Shown here piece after piece: positions 61,435 through 64,000 of a stretch of 64,000 bases of DNA. Under the pieces are notes generated by a model. It was not told the DNA's origin and did not search any database. It saw only the letters and a program-made list of their open reading frames with translations. The DNA is taken from positions 1 through 64,000 of the forward strand of contig JABCTZ010000019.1 of the NCBI GenBank assembly GCA_018238155.1, given 5' to 3'. The position numbers and the translations under genes are program-made. The stretch comes from Candidatus Heimdallarchaeota archaeon (GTDB lineage: Archaea > Asgardarchaeota > Heimdallarchaeia > JABLTI01). Every line of letters starts with the position of its first letter. The first letter of the stretch is position 1.

Positions 61435-61893
61435 ATGGTTGATGCTATGCCCTCTGATAATCTTGATGATTTTATAAATGAAAACAAAGAAGACATAGAG
61501 GAAGGAGAAATTGATTTTTCTTCACTAACTTTGGAAGAAAAGGATGCACTCATTCTTGAGATGCAAACAGATGAAATGATGCAGAAGAAAAAAGAAGACA
61601 CTGCAACAGATTCCACATCAAAAGTTAGACAGAAACGAAGGCGTAGAAAACAAAAGAAATCATCAAATACAAATATTGCTCCTGGATTGGGTTGGGTAGC
61701 AATTAAAATGGGTTCAGCAATGACTTTTAGTTTGACCTTTGCTTTCTTAGGACCACTACTTATTTTTGTGGCTCTTTTCAAAGGATTTAGTGATAGATCG
61801 GTATATGATTGGTTTGATTTATTATGGGGCTGCATAGGAATCGGTTTAACAATTGCCGCATATTTCTTATTTAGATATATAATAAAAGACTAA
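61435..61893 (+). CDS. Hypothetical membrane protein
   Basis: Acidic/basic N-terminus followed by TM helices. Confidence 0.6.
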   Translation: MVDAMPSDNLDDFINENKEDIEEGEIDFSSLTLEEKDALILEMQTDEMMQKKKEDTATDSTSKVRQKRRRRKQKKSSNTNIAPGLGWVAIKMGSAMTFSLTFAFLGPLLIFVALFKGFSDRSVYDWFDLLWGCIGIGLTIAAYFLFRYIIKD

Positions 61894-61960
61894 TTAAATA
61901 CAACACAATCAAATAATTCGAAATTAGTGAAAAAAGCTATTCAGCATAAAAAAAAAGAAT

Positions 61961-62167
61961 TTATCCTCCTTTAAGGATAGGGAGAACAATAATTTCATCA
62001 TTTTTCTCAACAAATTGGTCGAGATTATCTACTCTTTCACAATTTATTAAAACAATATGACGTTCGATATCGCTGACACCTTCAGCTTCTAGAAATCCTC
62101 TCAACACAATCCTCTCTTCAGGTACATATTTCATTATACTACTTTTTATACGTCCAGTACCGCTCAT
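61961..62167 (-). CDS. MoaD/ThiS/SAMP ubiquitin-like protein
   Basis: VLIN......D.I.VLP...GG C-terminus. Confidence 0.8.
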   Translation of the reverse strand: MSGTGRIKSSIMKYVPEERIVLRGFLEAEGVSDIERHIVLINCERVDNLDQFVEKNDEIIVLPILKGG

Positions 62168-62333
62168 GAGTTGCCACCAGGATATAATAGATTAAATAAT
62201 AAATACTTAGAGATTGAATCTATATAGAATAGAGTCTATAATAATTTTTTCCTAAGTAGGAATTATCATTTAGAATAGAAAATGTTACTTTGAAGCAGAA
62301 ATTTTAAAAAAAAACAGCAAAAAATACCACTTT

Positions 62334-62921
62334 CTAAGTGGGTTTTGAAGTGGAAACTCTGGGAATATTACGATTAGCACGGCGGGTTTTTGTTGTAAGA
62401 ATTTGATCATGAATCCATTGAAATGCTTCGTAAATACCTAGACCAGTTTGTGCACTTGTATTTTGTACATGAATTGTTCTTTCAAACATTGTTGTGAGAT
62501 GAAAATTTTGAATAATATAGGCAAGAGAGCAGACATTATTCATATCTTGCTTAGTGGCTAAAATCAAAATGGGAATATTTGGTGTACAATAATTTTCTAC
62601 TGCTTCGTGGAAAATCTCTCTCGCTAAAGATAATCTTTGAATATCACTTGAATCAAGGACAAAAATGAGTATATCTGCTCGTTCAATATATCCTGGCCAA
62701 AACTGCCGGAAAATTTGTTGGCCTCCTAAATCCATTATTGAAAGTTCTAATTTACCTAGTTTCAATCTCTCAAAATTGACACCCATAGTAGCTAGACTTT
62801 CACTGGGCTCACCATTCTTCAAATAATTAAGAATTGATGTTTTTCCTGCATTATCTAACCCACACATAGCAATATTGACTTTTTTATCAAATTTTCTAAA
62901 CAATTTTGAAAGAATGCCCAT
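62334..62921 (-). CDS. Arf-family small GTPase
   Basis: MGILSKLF amphipathic N-terminus, GLDNAGKT, DLGGQ, TKQD, TSA..G.G. Confidence 0.9.
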   Translation of the reverse strand: MGILSKLFRKFDKKVNIAMCGLDNAGKTSILNYLKNGEPSESLATMGVNFERLKLGKLELSIMDLGGQQIFRQFWPGYIERADILIFVLDSSDIQRLSLAREIFHEAVENYCTPNIPILILATKQDMNNVCSLAYIIQNFHLTTMFERTIHVQNTSAQTGLGIYEAFQWIHDQILTTKTRRANRNIPRVSTSKPT

Positions 62922-63098
62922 TCTAAATTCATCCTGATCTTCCATTGATCAAATGTTTTCGGTTGCAATAAAAGATAAAAAAAATACCTTATAAACACCA
63001 CAAAAAATGACTTGTGGAATACAAAACTCGCATTACATGAATTAACATAAGGAAAAAGTAATGGTCCCATTATTTTGAGACCAAAGGAAAATTTCTCT

Positions 63099-64000
63099 CT
63101 ATTCAATTTCTGGAACGAATATTTTGAAAATTTCTTCAGATTCGCGACTTAGAACAATGTCCTCACGAGATTGAAACTTATCTCGAAGATTAAGGGGGAT
63201 TTGTAGTGCTCCAAAAGCATCAACAAAAACGGGTATTTTTTCCGGATTAACAAAACCTCTTCTTACACTGGTTATACGTCCATCAACTAATAACATTGTA
63301 CGGTAACCACGTGCCATTAATCGCCGGTCATGGGTAGCTAAAATCATGGTAATGCCAAGGTCTCTGTTAATTTTTTCAAGGAAATCAATGATTTTTTCGG
63401 ACGTTTGTGAATCTAATTCTCCTGTGGGCTCATCGAGAACGACTAGTTCTGGACTATTAGCCAGTGCCACAGCCAAAGAAATCCTTTGAATTTCTCCTCC
63501 TGAGAGCTGTGTAGGTTTATGATGAGCTCTATCCAGTAATTCAACTTCTTCAAGAAGTTCATGGGTGCGAGCCATTCTTTCTTCCCTGGGCATTCCGAGA
63601 ATTCTCATCGGCACTTGAATGTTTTGTGAAGCAGAAAGCTCCCAGATAAGATTCATTTGTGGAAGTTGCCAAACAACTCCAACACGTCTTTTTCTATAAT
63701 CAACCATTTTTGCACGAGAGAATTTTGCGATATCAGTGTCTCCTACTCTCACTAAACCTGCTGAAGGTAATAGATTTCCTGCAAGAATGTTGAGAAGAGT
63801 TGATTTACCTGAACCACTGGGTCCAACAACAAGTGAGATTTCCCCTTGAGCAATTTGCATTTCTAATCCGCGAAGTGCAGGAACTCTAACTCTGTTTTTT
63901 TCATCTGCATAGATTTTAATCAAATCTCTGCATTCAATGAATATCTTCTTTTCTCTCTCTTTGAGAGTGATGTTTTCTCCTTGTGCTTTTGGACTACTTG
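63099..64000 (-). CDS. LolD/MacB-type ABC transporter ATP-binding protein (5' end beyond the window)
   Basis: GPSGSGKST, LSGGE, DEPTG, ATHD; the frame stays open to the window edge. Confidence 0.9.
   Translation of the reverse strand, partial: SSPKAQGENITLKEREKKIFIECRDLIKIYADEKNRVRVPALRGLEMQIAQGEISLVVGPSGSGKSTLLNILAGNLLPSAGLVRVGDTDIAKFSRAKMVDYRKRRVGVVWQLPQMNLIWELSASQNIQVPMRILGMPREERMARTHELLEEVELLDRAHHKPTQLSGGEIQRISLAVALANSPELVVLDEPTGELDSQTSEKIIDFLEKINRDLGITMILATHDRRLMARGYRTMLLVDGRITSVRRGFVNPEKIPVFVDAFGALQIPLNLRDKFQSREDIVLSRESEEIFKIFVPEIE

Overview
AT-rich archaeal DNA, very likely from an Asgard archaeon (Heimdallarchaeia-like). This is inferred from the ESCRT-III, Arf and Rag-like GTPases, a RING-finger protein and an EF-2 paralogue. 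Bases ~25.8-64 kb are housekeeping genes (PolB, coaD, ACD alpha/beta, gltX, uvrB, rpiA, endA, PINA, pilins). Bases 1-25.7 kb are an accessory region around a tRNA-Asp gene with two introns. That region holds a CRISPR-derived locus with no CRISPR array: wHTH - giant divergent Cas1 - HTH - Cas4 on the minus strand, a LAGLIDADG-HTH nuclease, a DUF4258/YgiT toxin-antitoxin-like pair, and an AbrB regulator divergent from a Cas7-like RAMP plus Cas5-like RAMP-HD nuclease operon. A second, orphan RAMP-HD copy lies 14 kb away. The key observation is that both RAMP-HD genes end in a collinear 163-nt element (5433-5595 and 19380-19542). Its sequence has diverged, but four hairpins are kept by compensatory changes, including beyond the stop codons. 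It is a candidate scaffold/guide ncRNA for an array-less Cas7/Cas5-HD effector. All protein family calls come from motifs read by eye; no database searches were run.
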